NCBI GenBank assembly: GCA_964648855.1
Contig: CAZYLT010000011.1
Location: forward strand, 1-32,000
DNA length: 32,000 nucleotides
Source of the DNA: an uncultured archaeon
GTDB lineage: Archaea; Asgardarchaeota; Thorarchaeia; Thorarchaeales; Thorarchaeaceae
Reading direction: 5' to 3'
Below are positions 8,337-17,322 of the stretch, piece by piece. The position numbers were made by a program, and so were the translations under genes. How positions within the stretch are numbered: the stretch's first letter is position 1; each line of letters begins with the position of its first letter. A model generated the notes under the pieces. It was not told where the DNA came from, did not search any database, and saw nothing but the letters and a program-made list of their open reading frames with translations.

Positions 8337-8825
8337 TTACTGTAGCTTGTTGACCGCCTCTTTTACCTCGTCAAAAGGTGGCATGTTGGTAGGATCTTCG
8401 CTCCTCCATGTGTAGGTCACCTTTCCATCATTATCAATAACGAACACAGCTCTGTTTGCGACATTCTTCATTCCGGCGAGGTCTTCCCAGACAACTCCGT
8501 ATTGTTCAATCACTTCTTTTTGCCAATCCGAGAGAAGTGGAAATTGGAAGTCATTTTGCTCCTTAAAGGCGGCATGGCTGAAAATCCCATCAACTGATAT
8601 TGCCAGCACATTTACGCCCATTTTCTTGTATTCTTCCATAGAATCCCTGAATGTCTTTAGTTCCGTACGACAGGGGGTAGAGAAGTCTGCAGGATAGAAT
8701 GCCAGTACAACAGGTCCTTCTTTCAGCTTGTCGGATAGGGTGATGCTCTCGCCAGGTTCGCCAGTCCACTCTCTCAGGAGAGTAAACTCTGGTGCTTTAT
8801 CGCCAACTTCTACTTGCTTAGTCAT
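8337..8825 (-). CDS. Peroxiredoxin (AhpC/TSA family, 1-Cys AhpE/BCP-like)
   Basis: VGDKAPEF, FYPADFSTPC (PxxxSxxC), FPLLSD, RAVFVID; a single Cys. Confidence 0.93.
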   Translation of the reverse strand: MTKQVEVGDKAPEFTLLREWTGEPGESITLSDKLKEGPVVLAFYPADFSTPCRTELKTFRDSMEEYKKMGVNVLAISVDGIFSHAAFKEQNDFQFPLLSDWQKEVIEQYGVVWEDLAGMKNVANRAVFVIDNDGKVTYTWRSEDPTNMPPFDEVKEAVNKLQ

Positions 8826-8897
8826 GGTTACACTTCAACATAGTTAAGGGACACTGGCCTATTAAGGCTTCATGTGTGTTCACGTGAGATGAAAAAC

Positions 8898-9416
8898 TCA
8901 GCGTATCTTGTAATTCATGTAGCTGGCAACAATTGCCGTTAGAATGGCTGCTGCGTTTACGGCAAGCGGGTAAACCAGGAGAGAGTCAAGGAATGACAGT
9001 GTTGCTACAAAGGACGGTAGCGTATTTGACTCAGCAATCCCAAATGGCACGAAGTAAAACATGAAGAAGATTGCAGTCATCAATCCCACACCAAAGAATG
9101 GAGGGCGATCCTGTTTTGACCGGATAAATTCAGACATTCTTGAGATGATTCCATACTGGGCTCTCTGGCGTCTCCTGACTTTCCTTTTCGATAGAATATA
9201 GGCCCATCTGTACATAGCCTCGCCCATAATCACGTAGGCACCTCCGAGGACTGCCATTGCACCCAGTGCAACAATCAGCTGAAGTTCTGTACTGAGTACT
9301 TTCACATACGTAGCAGCATGCCACATCAAGGGAATTTGAACGAGTCCAGCAATGCCGAGGAATATTAGGATTAGTCCCGGTTTGCTTCCACGTTTCCACC
9401 AAACTGCAAGGCTCAT
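8898..9416 (-). CDS. Membrane protein, about 4 TM
   Basis: Four hydrophobic stretches with a basic loop (KRKVRRRQR). Confidence 0.75.
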   Translation of the reverse strand: MSLAVWWKRGSKPGLILIFLGIAGLVQIPLMWHAATYVKVLSTELQLIVALGAMAVLGGAYVIMGEAMYRWAYILSKRKVRRRQRAQYGIISRMSEFIRSKQDRPPFFGVGLMTAIFFMFYFVPFGIAESNTLPSFVATLSFLDSLLVYPLAVNAAAILTAIVASYMNYKIR

Positions 9417-9499
9417 CTTTCTCTACCTGCTCAAAGACGATTGGCTCAGAAATTGGGAACTCTCTTTAACCTTTTGGAACAAGTGAATGTCACCATGTC

Positions 9500-10081
9500 C
9501 TATTTTCTGCAGACAAGGTGAAACCAATATTCGTACTCTTCAAAGTATTCTGTTCTCAGACCTACTCGTTTTGCATATTCTTCAATAATCTCCAAGGATT
9601 GTTTTTGCTGCCCTCGAACCCTGTATGTGATCCTACTAGAGTGTGCATCTGGAAACGCAAAAATAGCATTGAACTCCAATGCGGAAACATTGTCAGGAAT
9701 CAGGCATCCGAGTATCGACAGCACCCCCTCCTGACTTAGTACTCTATGCACCTCCTGCATGACCAACCTCTTCGATTTCGCATCCGTGAGGTAGGCCAAT
9801 GAAAACCACAGTGTGACAGTCGAAAAAGAAGCATCTTTGAAACAGAGATTCCTTCCATCAGCTAGAATCCAGTTGGGTTTTGTGGTGTAAATTTGTCCTT
9901 CACGAATTTTGACCATATTGATGTCAACAGCGTAGACTCTCTTGCCCTCGATCCTAGACACAAGTGCCTCCGAACCTCCTCCTATATCCAGTATCCTTCC
10001 CTCTCTTTTCAGTCCATTCAATTCTATTTTCTGAATTGGTGTTTGATACGTGGAATTTTGCATATCTGTCAATTTTATCAA
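9500..10081 (-). CDS. Class I SAM-dependent methyltransferase
   Basis: ILDIGGG, AVD, ADGRNLCFKDASFS, EVHRVL..G. Confidence 0.88.
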   Translation of the reverse strand: MIKLTDMQNSTYQTPIQKIELNGLKREGRILDIGGGSEALVSRIEGKRVYAVDINMVKIREGQIYTTKPNWILADGRNLCFKDASFSTVTLWFSLAYLTDAKSKRLVMQEVHRVLSQEGVLSILGCLIPDNVSALEFNAIFAFPDAHSSRITYRVRGQQKQSLEIIEEYAKRVGLRTEYFEEYEYWFHLVCRK

Positions 10082-10191
10082 TATACTGTGGGCTCTTTAG
10101 TGTATAGAATCAAAGATGGGAATTGAATTTTGATTCGACAACATATATACGTACATTAAATAGGGATAATAACCATAGTTAATTGATAACA

Positions 10192-10305
10192 ATGAAAGAC
10201 ACCAAGAAATGGGAATGTAAGGCCTGCGACATGACGTTCTATACCCCCGACGAGTTTGAACGACATGTTATGGATAAGCACCCCGAGAAAGCAAAATCGA
10301 AGTAG
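10192..10305 (+). CDS. 37-aa C2H2 zinc-finger microprotein (below the ORF-track cutoff)
   Basis: MKDTKKWECKACDMTFYTPDEFERHVMDKHPEKAKSK* fits W-x-C-x2-C-x3-F-x5-F-x2-H-x4-H. AT-rich promoter-like DNA upstream. Confidence 0.82.
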   Translation: MKDTKKWECKACDMTFYTPDEFERHVMDKHPEKAKSK

Positions 10306-10307
10306 AC

Positions 10308-10358
10308 ATGAGTCAGAAGGGAGGGATGCTGGGCGTCAGTGACCTTCCTTCCTCTCAT
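10308..10358 (+). terminator. Long imperfect 3'-UTR hairpin after the zinc-finger gene
   Basis: ATGAG/CTCAT, GAAGGGAGG/CCTTCCTTC and GCTGG/TCAGT nested pairings. Confidence 0.35.
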
Positions 10359-10474
10359 CTTATCTGCTATGCGCATACACACTGTTTCCTAATCCCTTGG
10401 TATGACATGACAGATTCCATGCCGTCTTTGGTTGAATATCTCTCTTCCAACAATCCCAAAAAGGAGTGTTTTCT

Positions 10475-10852
10475 ATGAACGAAACTAAACTGGTTTTTGT
10501 ATACAACGCTGATAGTGGGATATTGAATACTGTAAAAGACTTCTTTCATAGAATAATCTCACCTCAAACTTACGAGTGCAATCTTTGTGCAGTAACTTAC
10601 AGCAATACCGGAATGAGAAGCGAGTGGCGAAGCTTCATAGATGAGCTTGGGTATGAGGTGGAGATTCTCCACAGAGATGAGTTCAAGCAAAAATACTCTT
10701 TTGAGGATGCTGAGTTTCCCTCCGCATTTCTGGCTCAAGGTGGAGCCCTTTCCTATTTCATTACTGTTGATGAGATGAATAGTGTAGCATCAGTGAATGA
10801 ACTAACCGACATTGTACATGAGAACGCACTAAAGCTAGATGTTCAAACCTAA
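10475..10852 (+). CDS. Conserved hypothetical protein (thioredoxin-like, CxxC)
   Basis: KLVFVYNADSG...YECNLCAVTY...W..F...LHRDEF pattern; SD AGGAG. Confidence 0.8.
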   Translation: MNETKLVFVYNADSGILNTVKDFFHRIISPQTYECNLCAVTYSNTGMRSEWRSFIDELGYEVEILHRDEFKQKYSFEDAEFPSAFLAQGGALSYFITVDEMNSVASVNELTDIVHENALKLDVQT

Positions 10853-10940
10853 GATCTGGCAACCCAAGCCGGAACTAGCCAAGTTAGTTGCTCCACAATT
10901 CTTTTAACTGTGCAAATGTCGAACCAATTTGAACATGACT

Positions 10941-11048
10941 GGGCCGGTAGTTTAGCCTGGTTCTACAGTCCGTTTACGGCCTGTGGCGGGAAAGAATGCC
11001 TCCTTGGCATGGAGGAGGTCTCGTGTTCAAATCACGACCGGTCCACCA
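10941..11048 (+). tRNA. tRNA-Ala(GGC) with 31-nt D-loop intron at 20/21 (10962-10992)
   Basis: Acceptor GGGCCGG/CCGGTCC with G3:U70, anticodon arm CCTCC-TTGGCAT-GGAGG, encoded CCA. CCTG pairs with intron CGGG, with 3-nt bulges GT|T and AA|A. Confidence 0.94.
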
Positions 11049-11150
11049 CTCACTCTTCTTTCCAAGATATAACTCGTTCTCCAGAAGGCAATCCCTCACT
11101 TAAGGATTAGCAGAATCGAAAATCTGTTGATATTCAATTTACAGAGTTTG

Positions 11151-11507
11151 CTAAACGAAAATCTCCTTCACAATATCCTGCAGAATCAAATAGTCAGCGA
11201 AATTGCCACTTCCTCGCTGCAACCCCTCCGGATAGACTCTCTCCACTCGCTGCTTGAAGGCATTCAACTGCTGTCTTACTTCTGGAACCTCAGAAGTCAC
11301 AAGGGCAGTGAATACCATATATTTGCCGATTTCATGCATCATCTTCAGCTCTTTCGAGCGTATTTTCTCAGGGATCAAGGATGGATTTTTCTTGAAATCA
11401 GCATCAAAAAAGTGAGAATAAAGCGGTTGACCGGTGTTCAACTCAAGAATCAGACAACCAAGTATGTTCGAAGGCATTTCTGTTCGAAATGAATCATGAA
11501 ACATCAA
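11151..11507 (-). CDS. Compact longin-like protein
   Basis: ILGCLILELNTGQPLYSHFF hairpin, IGKYMVFTALV strands, helix VRQQLNAFKQRVERVYP; start uncertain. Confidence 0.6.
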   Translation of the reverse strand: MMFHDSFRTEMPSNILGCLILELNTGQPLYSHFFDADFKKNPSLIPEKIRSKELKMMHEIGKYMVFTALVTSEVPEVRQQLNAFKQRVERVYPEGLQRGSGNFADYLILQDIVKEIFV

Positions 11508-11669
11508 GTATTATTTCTTCTCTCTGGAGTAAGAGCATCCTCTTTTTCTTAATATGGCAGTTAATTCTACCAAGTGTTTACTTAATCCGACAATCAACGC
11601 AATAATCTTGTTGTGCAAACGGATTCATAGGAACACATGAAAGACATATAGCGATATGCGACATCATCT

Positions 11670-12353
11670 TTGGATGTGATTTCATTGAGTGTGACTATTC
11701 GTTTGCTGGCGCATGCTAGTGTCCAGATCAAAACTGAGAATCAGAATATCTACATAGACCCCTCAACAAAAGGAACAGGTCTCAAGAAAGATGATTTCGA
11801 ATCAGCAGACTTGATCCTAGTTACACATGGTCATCAAGACCACTTTGACAAGGGGATTATCAAGAAGATTCGGAAATTGGGGTCTCCTATCATAGCTCCT
11901 GAGAATTTGAAAAAAGAGATGGGCGGTGGTATTGTGTGGGGTATGAGCGCTGGCGAGCACATGGTGATTAATGATGGAACAGTCATCTGGGCAGTCCCAG
12001 CGTATAATGTAAAGAGATTTCGCAAACCAGGAGAGCCATTTCACCCACTTGGTCAAGGCCTCGGTTATATCATAAAAGTTGAAGGTAAGAAGATCTACCA
12101 CGCTGGTGACACGGACCTAATTCCACAGATGAAGGAGCTGCCTGAACTTGATGTTGCTCTGGTTCCCAGTGGGGGAACATATACCATGGACATGACAGAG
12201 GCATCACAAGCAGTCCTCTTAATGAAACCAAAGGTTGCAATACCGATGCATCTGAGAGGTGCTGACCCAGAAGCGCTAAAGACCGCTGTAGAGAGAGAAT
12301 CATCCACCAAAGTCTTGATTTTGGACGAAAGAGAGAGCTATTCCCTGGAGTGA
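11670..12353 (+). CDS. Metallo-beta-lactamase-fold hydrolase (UPF0173/UlaG-like)
   Basis: HAS, IYIDP, THGHQDH, YHAGDT, IPMH. Confidence 0.93.
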   Translation: MDVISLSVTIRLLAHASVQIKTENQNIYIDPSTKGTGLKKDDFESADLILVTHGHQDHFDKGIIKKIRKLGSPIIAPENLKKEMGGGIVWGMSAGEHMVINDGTVIWAVPAYNVKRFRKPGEPFHPLGQGLGYIIKVEGKKIYHAGDTDLIPQMKELPELDVALVPSGGTYTMDMTEASQAVLLMKPKVAIPMHLRGADPEALKTAVERESSTKVLILDERESYSLE

Positions 12354-12432
12354 TTCCCGTTTATTCGTTCACCAGTATAAGATGCCAAGACTTCTTATTC
12401 GTGCCAGTCCTACCTTAGTTAGGTAAGTAGCC

Positions 12433-12876
12433 ATGTTTTTGGTGGTTGTAACAAGCCTAATTGCATGGTTCGCTATTCGACGATGGGGAGTAAAATATGC
12501 CTTAGTCGCATTCGTATTTGTGGGTATTGGAACCTCTTATGTGATAGTCAATAATGTTTGGACAGCTGGCGTTTATAGTCATGACGTTGCCCCTCCGCTT
12601 GATACGGAATACTCTATAACATATTACAAATCAACTGCATTGTTTCCGTTTGTCATTCAGAAACAGCATAATTGGACTGCAAAAACGTTCGTACACCAGG
12701 TTCGATTACTGAACCATGACGGCCAGCTCATTATTGAATCAGGTGGTGATGACCAAAGTGAGATCATGCATCTTTCTCTCATCGGTATTTCATTATTATT
12801 CTGTCTTTTTGGTATTCAGTTGAGTGTAGTGCTTATTATCTTCGCCGAAGTCGCCCGATGGCTGCTTAAAAAGTGA
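12433..12876 (+). CDS. Membrane protein, 3 TM
   Basis: Two N-terminal and one C-terminal hydrophobic segment. Confidence 0.65.
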   Translation: MFLVVVTSLIAWFAIRRWGVKYALVAFVFVGIGTSYVIVNNVWTAGVYSHDVAPPLDTEYSITYYKSTALFPFVIQKQHNWTAKTFVHQVRLLNHDGQLIIESGGDDQSEIMHLSLIGISLLFCLFGIQLSVVLIIFAEVARWLLKK

Positions 12877-12956
12877 TGAATATCGCGATTCATCAAAAAG
12901 ATAGAGATGACTGCTTCTTGAAGAGTGGATTCCTCTACGAAGTAAGTCGTGCCATT

Positions 12957-13145
12957 TTATCCGCGAACACGTTTTCCATTGACCTTTTTCTTTGCCCAGC
13001 TATACTGCCTAAGTTTAGCTGACGCTCCAAACCCACAGGCTGCACATACCTTCTTTCTCACATGATAGGATCTCCTACCGCATCTGCGGCACCTGATATG
13101 GTGTGGATTATTTTTCTTGCCTTTTGATGGAGTTCCTTTACCCAT
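12957..13145 (-). CDS. rpl37e: 50S ribosomal protein L37e
   Basis: MGKGTPS.GK...[22 protein letters not shown]. Confidence 0.98.
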   Translation of the reverse strand: MGKGTPSKGKKNNPHHIRCRRCGRRSYHVRKKVCAACGFGASAKLRQYSWAKKKVNGKRVRG

Positions 13146-13160
13146 TATTATGCGCTCCTG

Positions 13161-13418
13161 TTACTTCTTAGCACTCTTTGGTGGCGGACTTACAATAACC
13201 ACATTGTCACCACGTACAATGACTGTGTGAATGGCTTCAATGCTTTCTGTTTCGCCTTCTGATTCGGGAGATATCTCGTCTGCATCCTCGAGAATGAGAT
13301 TCAAGTGCTGATCATATCCGCGAAGCTTTCCTTTGATTTTTCTATCTCCCCTCAGTTCAACTAATACTTGTGATCCAATTGATTTCTGGAGGAGGTCCAT
13401 AGGTCTACCTGCGTTCAC
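13161..13418 (-). CDS. Sm-like archaeal protein (LSm/SmAP1)
   Basis: RPMDLL, GKLRGYDQHLNLIL, IVRGDNV; known linkage with rpl37e. Confidence 0.96.
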   Translation of the reverse strand: MNAGRPMDLLQKSIGSQVLVELRGDRKIKGKLRGYDQHLNLILEDADEISPESEGETESIEAIHTVIVRGDNVVIVSPPPKSAKK

Positions 13419-13577
13419 TTACTTCACCGTTTACAGAATCTCAGTCGGAGCAGGGTGCTCTCTCGATTCTTCACGAAGCTTTTGAGCTTATCTTAAAAAC
13501 ATGACGATGTAATAACCTGTTTTGGACAGATATTGCGAATTTGAGGTGCCTCAATCTTTTGTTTTCTAAGCATTCTT

Positions 13578-13676
13578 TTAGAGAGTCTGACAGGTCGTAC
13601 AATAGAATGTTCGCCGGTCATATTCTCCAATGTTCTCTCTTTCAATCTTCGTGCCACATTCGCATTTTTGTCGATA
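13578..13676 (-). pseudogene. Relic of an Fpg/Nei-type DNA glycosylase (C-terminal zinc finger)
   Basis: Manual translation YRQKCECGTKIERENIGEYDRRTFYCTTCQTL*, preceded by in-frame TAA at 13677-13679 and lacking a start codon. Confidence 0.7.
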
Positions 13677-13956
13677 TTACACCAAGTCTTGGTTTGAATG
13701 AGGGACAAAGGTGTTTGTCCTACTGGCACTTTCTGGGATCGGTCTTGTCCAGCCAAATAAGAGAATGATTGAGGCTGGGTTCAGAATTAGAATGCACAAC
13801 TACGTCATCTTTGCACTGGATATCTTCACAAGCTTGGCGAAGGATATACCAAGAGCAATCATGACAGTGCAGACCGTTTTCTTTTAACGACTCACCTCCG
13901 ATAAACAAGTTCTGTTCCGTAGCTTTGAAAAGGAAACGATAGACAGCTATTATCAA

Positions 13957-14460
13957 ATGCCATCTATTGAACGCATCAAAAAACGGCACCTCCTCAAAAA
14001 GAGAGACCATCGAGAAGAGGTTGAAAGAATAGAAGAGCGACTTGGTATCCTGGTCGGACTAGGCGAAGACGATAGATTCGAAGAAGGAATCTTGGACGAC
14101 GGGACAAGAATTTTGATTCTGGGTGATGATATTCTTTTCTTTGAGAAAGACAAAAGATTGTTCCCGACAGTACACGCCTTGCTGAAGGACATGGTGAAGA
14201 TTCCTGAAGTTACTGTTGACATGGGCGCAGTACGTTTCGTCATAAACGGTGCAGATATCATGCGTCCCGGGATTACCAAAATCGATGACGGAATAGAGAA
14301 GGATTCAGTAGTGGGCGTTATTGAAGAGCGGCACGGGAAGGCCTTGGCTGTCGGAGTGGCTCAGCTAGACTCTCAAAACATGCGTGCTGCAGACACTGGC
14401 AAGGTCATTCTCAATGTGCATCATGTGAATGACGAGCTTTGGGACTTCAGCAAGGACTAA
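13957..14460 (+). CDS. PUA-domain RNA-binding protein (MCT-1/Tma20-like, DUF1947+PUA)
   Basis: LFPTV, VTVDMGAVRFVINGADIMRPGI, HHVNDELW. Confidence 0.94.
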   Translation: MPSIERIKKRHLLKKRDHREEVERIEERLGILVGLGEDDRFEEGILDDGTRILILGDDILFFEKDKRLFPTVHALLKDMVKIPEVTVDMGAVRFVINGADIMRPGITKIDDGIEKDSVVGVIEERHGKALAVGVAQLDSQNMRAADTGKVILNVHHVNDELWDFSKD

Positions 14461-14464
14461 TCAA

Positions 14465-17146
14465 CTACTCCTTCTGCATTTCCTGTCGCACATGCTGTAG
14501 TGCTGACTTGTAGATTTGTTTCGCCAACTGAAACTCTAAGCCACAGTTCTTGGCGAATCTGTTTCGAGCCAGCCCCTTCTTGCTTGCGTCAACATCTTTT
14601 TTCAGAATGTCTGAAATGCTTCGGTATCCGTTACCATAAAGCGTTCTCATTTCTTGTTGGGAGAGATGTCGCTTCTCATTTTCACTCAACCGAATCACAA
14701 GATTTGGAAGAGTTGTTGCTGCCATATCTGATCGTAAGCCATATTCCATCTGCAGTGAGAGAGTTCTGAATCTCTCCATCAACGGCATATTTCCAAGCTT
14801 CTGTTGGTAAGACTGGAAGTCTGCTGAGAGCCCTTTGCATATGTCGGCTAGCGCCATCAGGTCTCCCTCTTCAATGTCGCTTCCTCCTGATGGTCTATCA
14901 CTTGAGGATTCCTCAGTCGCCACATGCAAGGCTTCGTCCAATATCTCGGGAACGCTATTCTCCTGAGTCCATCCCCTCAGAACTGCTTGTTTAATGAGCT
15001 GTCGTCTACGTACAAGCTCTTTATACCAATTTTCTACTTCATCCAAACCTGTGCTCTTCAGTTCAATCTGGGTGGGGAGATATGTTCGCGGTCTGGCTGC
15101 TTGAGGAAGTGGGAGCTCCAATAGAATATCGAGAAACACTTCGGTGTCATTATCAGCGCCCAATGCAGTGATCTCATCTTCATGCTCAGCATAGTGGATC
15201 GAATCGAGTCCTGATTCTGCAGCAGCACGCATATTTTTCGAGAGCTTGAATCCCGACTTTGTTCTTATGAAGCAGTTTCTATTTTCAAACCATTCGACCA
15301 AGCTATCGAACATGTTCGAAATGTAGGTCTCATAATCCTCGTCCTTTGACGCCCTGTAGCTTCTTTGTAGAATTGAAAGAACTCCAGTCTTGATTTTGGA
15401 CAACATGAATGTCCGTTGCTTCAATGTCTGGCGGATGATTAGATTAGCCAGGATAACTGGATAGATGGGCCCTGGTTCAAGGGGTCTGAGTGGTTCATGG
15501 AGTAATGTTTTTGCTAACTGGTCTGCTGTATTGAATTGACGGGTGGGCGATTCAAAAACAAGGTAGACACTGCCACCCCGCTGTGCCAAGTAGTATTCAC
15601 CTATTCGACCTGCAATCTGCAAGTATCTTGACCTTGTCACCAAGAATCCCATGGACCGGTCAAAAAGGATTACTACAGCATCAAAGGGGAAACTGGTACC
15701 AGCAGTAATTCCTGTCGTTGAAACGACAAACCTAACATTCTTCTTTCTAATCTCATCTTCCAATCGCCCTCGAACCCCAGAGTCAAGTCCTGCGTGATGA
15801 AATGCGATGCCAGAATGCAGAACATCTCTCAAACGCTCTGCAAGCGGTAATCCTTTGGATTCATCAATGATACGATTTGTCACTGATTCATCAAGAGAAC
15901 GTGCCCATCTTCTAGTTGCAGCTCTCGCTATCTGTTCTGCTTTGTATCGATACCCGACCACTACAAGTATTGATTTATTCTGTACGTCATCAATGTGGTC
16001 AATCACGGCTTCAAGAGGATATTCTCTTCGTATTTCGTCGACGTGGGTTCCATCACGGCTTTGAATCTTGACGGTATCATCAATTTTCTCTACAATGAAC
16101 TCATCGGGACATAGTCTAACGCTTGGACGAAATACCCGGGCGTCCAGCCACTCCGCCATTGAGTCTGTATCACCAAATCTTGACGAGAGGGTGACGATCT
16201 GACTTGATTGTTTGAGGAGTGTGACTAACATATCCACCTTGACGCTTCTATCGCTACCTAAATTGGATGGTCTTAATGTATCAACACCTGAATCCAGTTG
16301 AGTAATCTCATCCGCAATAACGAGTTCAATACCCTCTGTCCAAGTGGCTTTCTGCAAATGCGATGATAGAATAGACTCATAGATTCCTACTATAAGGTCG
16401 GCTTGCTCTAATTCCCCATCTGTCACTGTTGTTGTGCCATCTAGTCGAGCTACCGAATATCCAAGTTCTTCAAAGAGATCTCCATACTCATTGAGCACTT
16501 GCCTATTTATCGAAATATATGGGGTGACATAGAGCGCACGCGAACCACGTTGAAGCCTGGTCAACATGATAATCATGGCCAAAAATGTCTTGCCAGAACC
16601 TGGTGGCATCTGGATAATCAAATTCTCATCAATATCCCCAATCTCAAGGAGAAATTTCTGTTGGGCGGGTAGGGGGCGAATGAAATTCTTGTGTTTCAGA
16701 AGCACTTTGGCGGCTCTCTGAAACTCTGTATTTGCAGCAGTCGGTCCAAGCATGCTTCTCAAGGCAGACAGAACGAGTCTTCCCTCATGCGTTATCATGA
16801 AACTTCGCTGTTTTTTGCCCCTTGCGCCAAGAGCCTGAACAAACCCGGCTTTTACCAGCTTGTTCATTGTTTCGTAGAGGGTCCCTCCAGAAGCGAACCG
16901 TTTCCTTCGTTTCTCGTATTCGGCTTCTTTTTGTGATCGAGAGTCATGTTTGCTAGGTGGGGGTTTTGGATACCCCATTAGTTCTAGAATACCCTCTACA
17001 ATTTCATCCCACCCTACTTCCGGAACCATTGCGCCCTCAGTGGGACTAAGCACCTCAAGAATCTCGATGGAGTAGCGATTTCCGAGTACTTTCAAGTGCC
17101 CTCTTAAATCACTGTAGACGTAATCATCTGCTTTTGGCTCGGGCAT
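14465..17146 (-). CDS. Ski2/Hel308-like SF2 helicase with N-terminal winged-helix domain
   Basis: PPGSGKT, DEIT (motif II), LSSR (III), FHHAGL, VSTTGITAGTSFP, QIAGRIG; HhH-like C-terminus. Confidence 0.88.
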   Translation of the reverse strand: MPEPKADDYVYSDLRGHLKVLGNRYSIEILEVLSPTEGAMVPEVGWDEIVEGILELMGYPKPPPSKHDSRSQKEAEYEKRRKRFASGGTLYETMNKLVKAGFVQALGARGKKQRSFMITHEGRLVLSALRSMLGPTAANTEFQRAAKVLLKHKNFIRPLPAQQKFLLEIGDIDENLIIQMPPGSGKTFLAMIIMLTRLQRGSRALYVTPYISINRQVLNEYGDLFEELGYSVARLDGTTTVTDGELEQADLIVGIYESILSSHLQKATWTEGIELVIADEITQLDSGVDTLRPSNLGSDRSVKVDMLVTLLKQSSQIVTLSSRFGDTDSMAEWLDARVFRPSVRLCPDEFIVEKIDDTVKIQSRDGTHVDEIRREYPLEAVIDHIDDVQNKSILVVVGYRYKAEQIARAATRRWARSLDESVTNRIIDESKGLPLAERLRDVLHSGIAFHHAGLDSGVRGRLEDEIRKKNVRFVVSTTGITAGTSFPFDAVVILFDRSMGFLVTRSRYLQIAGRIGEYYLAQRGGSVYLVFESPTRQFNTADQLAKTLLHEPLRPLEPGPIYPVILANLIIRQTLKQRTFMLSKIKTGVLSILQRSYRASKDEDYETYISNMFDSLVEWFENRNCFIRTKSGFKLSKNMRAAAESGLDSIHYAEHEDEITALGADNDTEVFLDILLELPLPQAARPRTYLPTQIELKSTGLDEVENWYKELVRRRQLIKQAVLRGWTQENSVPEILDEALHVATEESSSDRPSGGSDIEEGDLMALADICKGLSADFQSYQQKLGNMPLMERFRTLSLQMEYGLRSDMAATTLPNLVIRLSENEKRHLSQQEMRTLYGNGYRSISDILKKDVDASKKGLARNRFAKNCGLEFQLAKQIYKSALQHVRQEMQKE

Positions 17147-17322
17147 CTATGACACTCACCTATACCGAGTGAAGGAGTGTAAAATTTGTTTCGAGTCAAG
17201 GGACATCATTCAGAATCCTTAGTATGATGGCACTGAATAGAAGTTGCTCATTGTCTACCCATGTATTACTCGGTCTTTTCTAAGCTTCTTGAGAAACACA
17301 ACAAGACACGAGGCGATTTCAA

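Noticed and set aside
10308-10358. Hairpin beginning with ATGA as a possible SECIS element
   Set aside because: ATGAG pairs normally with CTCAT (no GA quartet), and the neighbouring genes have no in-frame UGA.
10910-11110. 66-aa ORF and the many antisense ORFs in the track (e.g. 239-598, 13953-14279, 20527-20943, 24545-24898)
   Set aside because: They overlap tRNA-Ala or lie opposite confidently identified genes; shadow ORFs.
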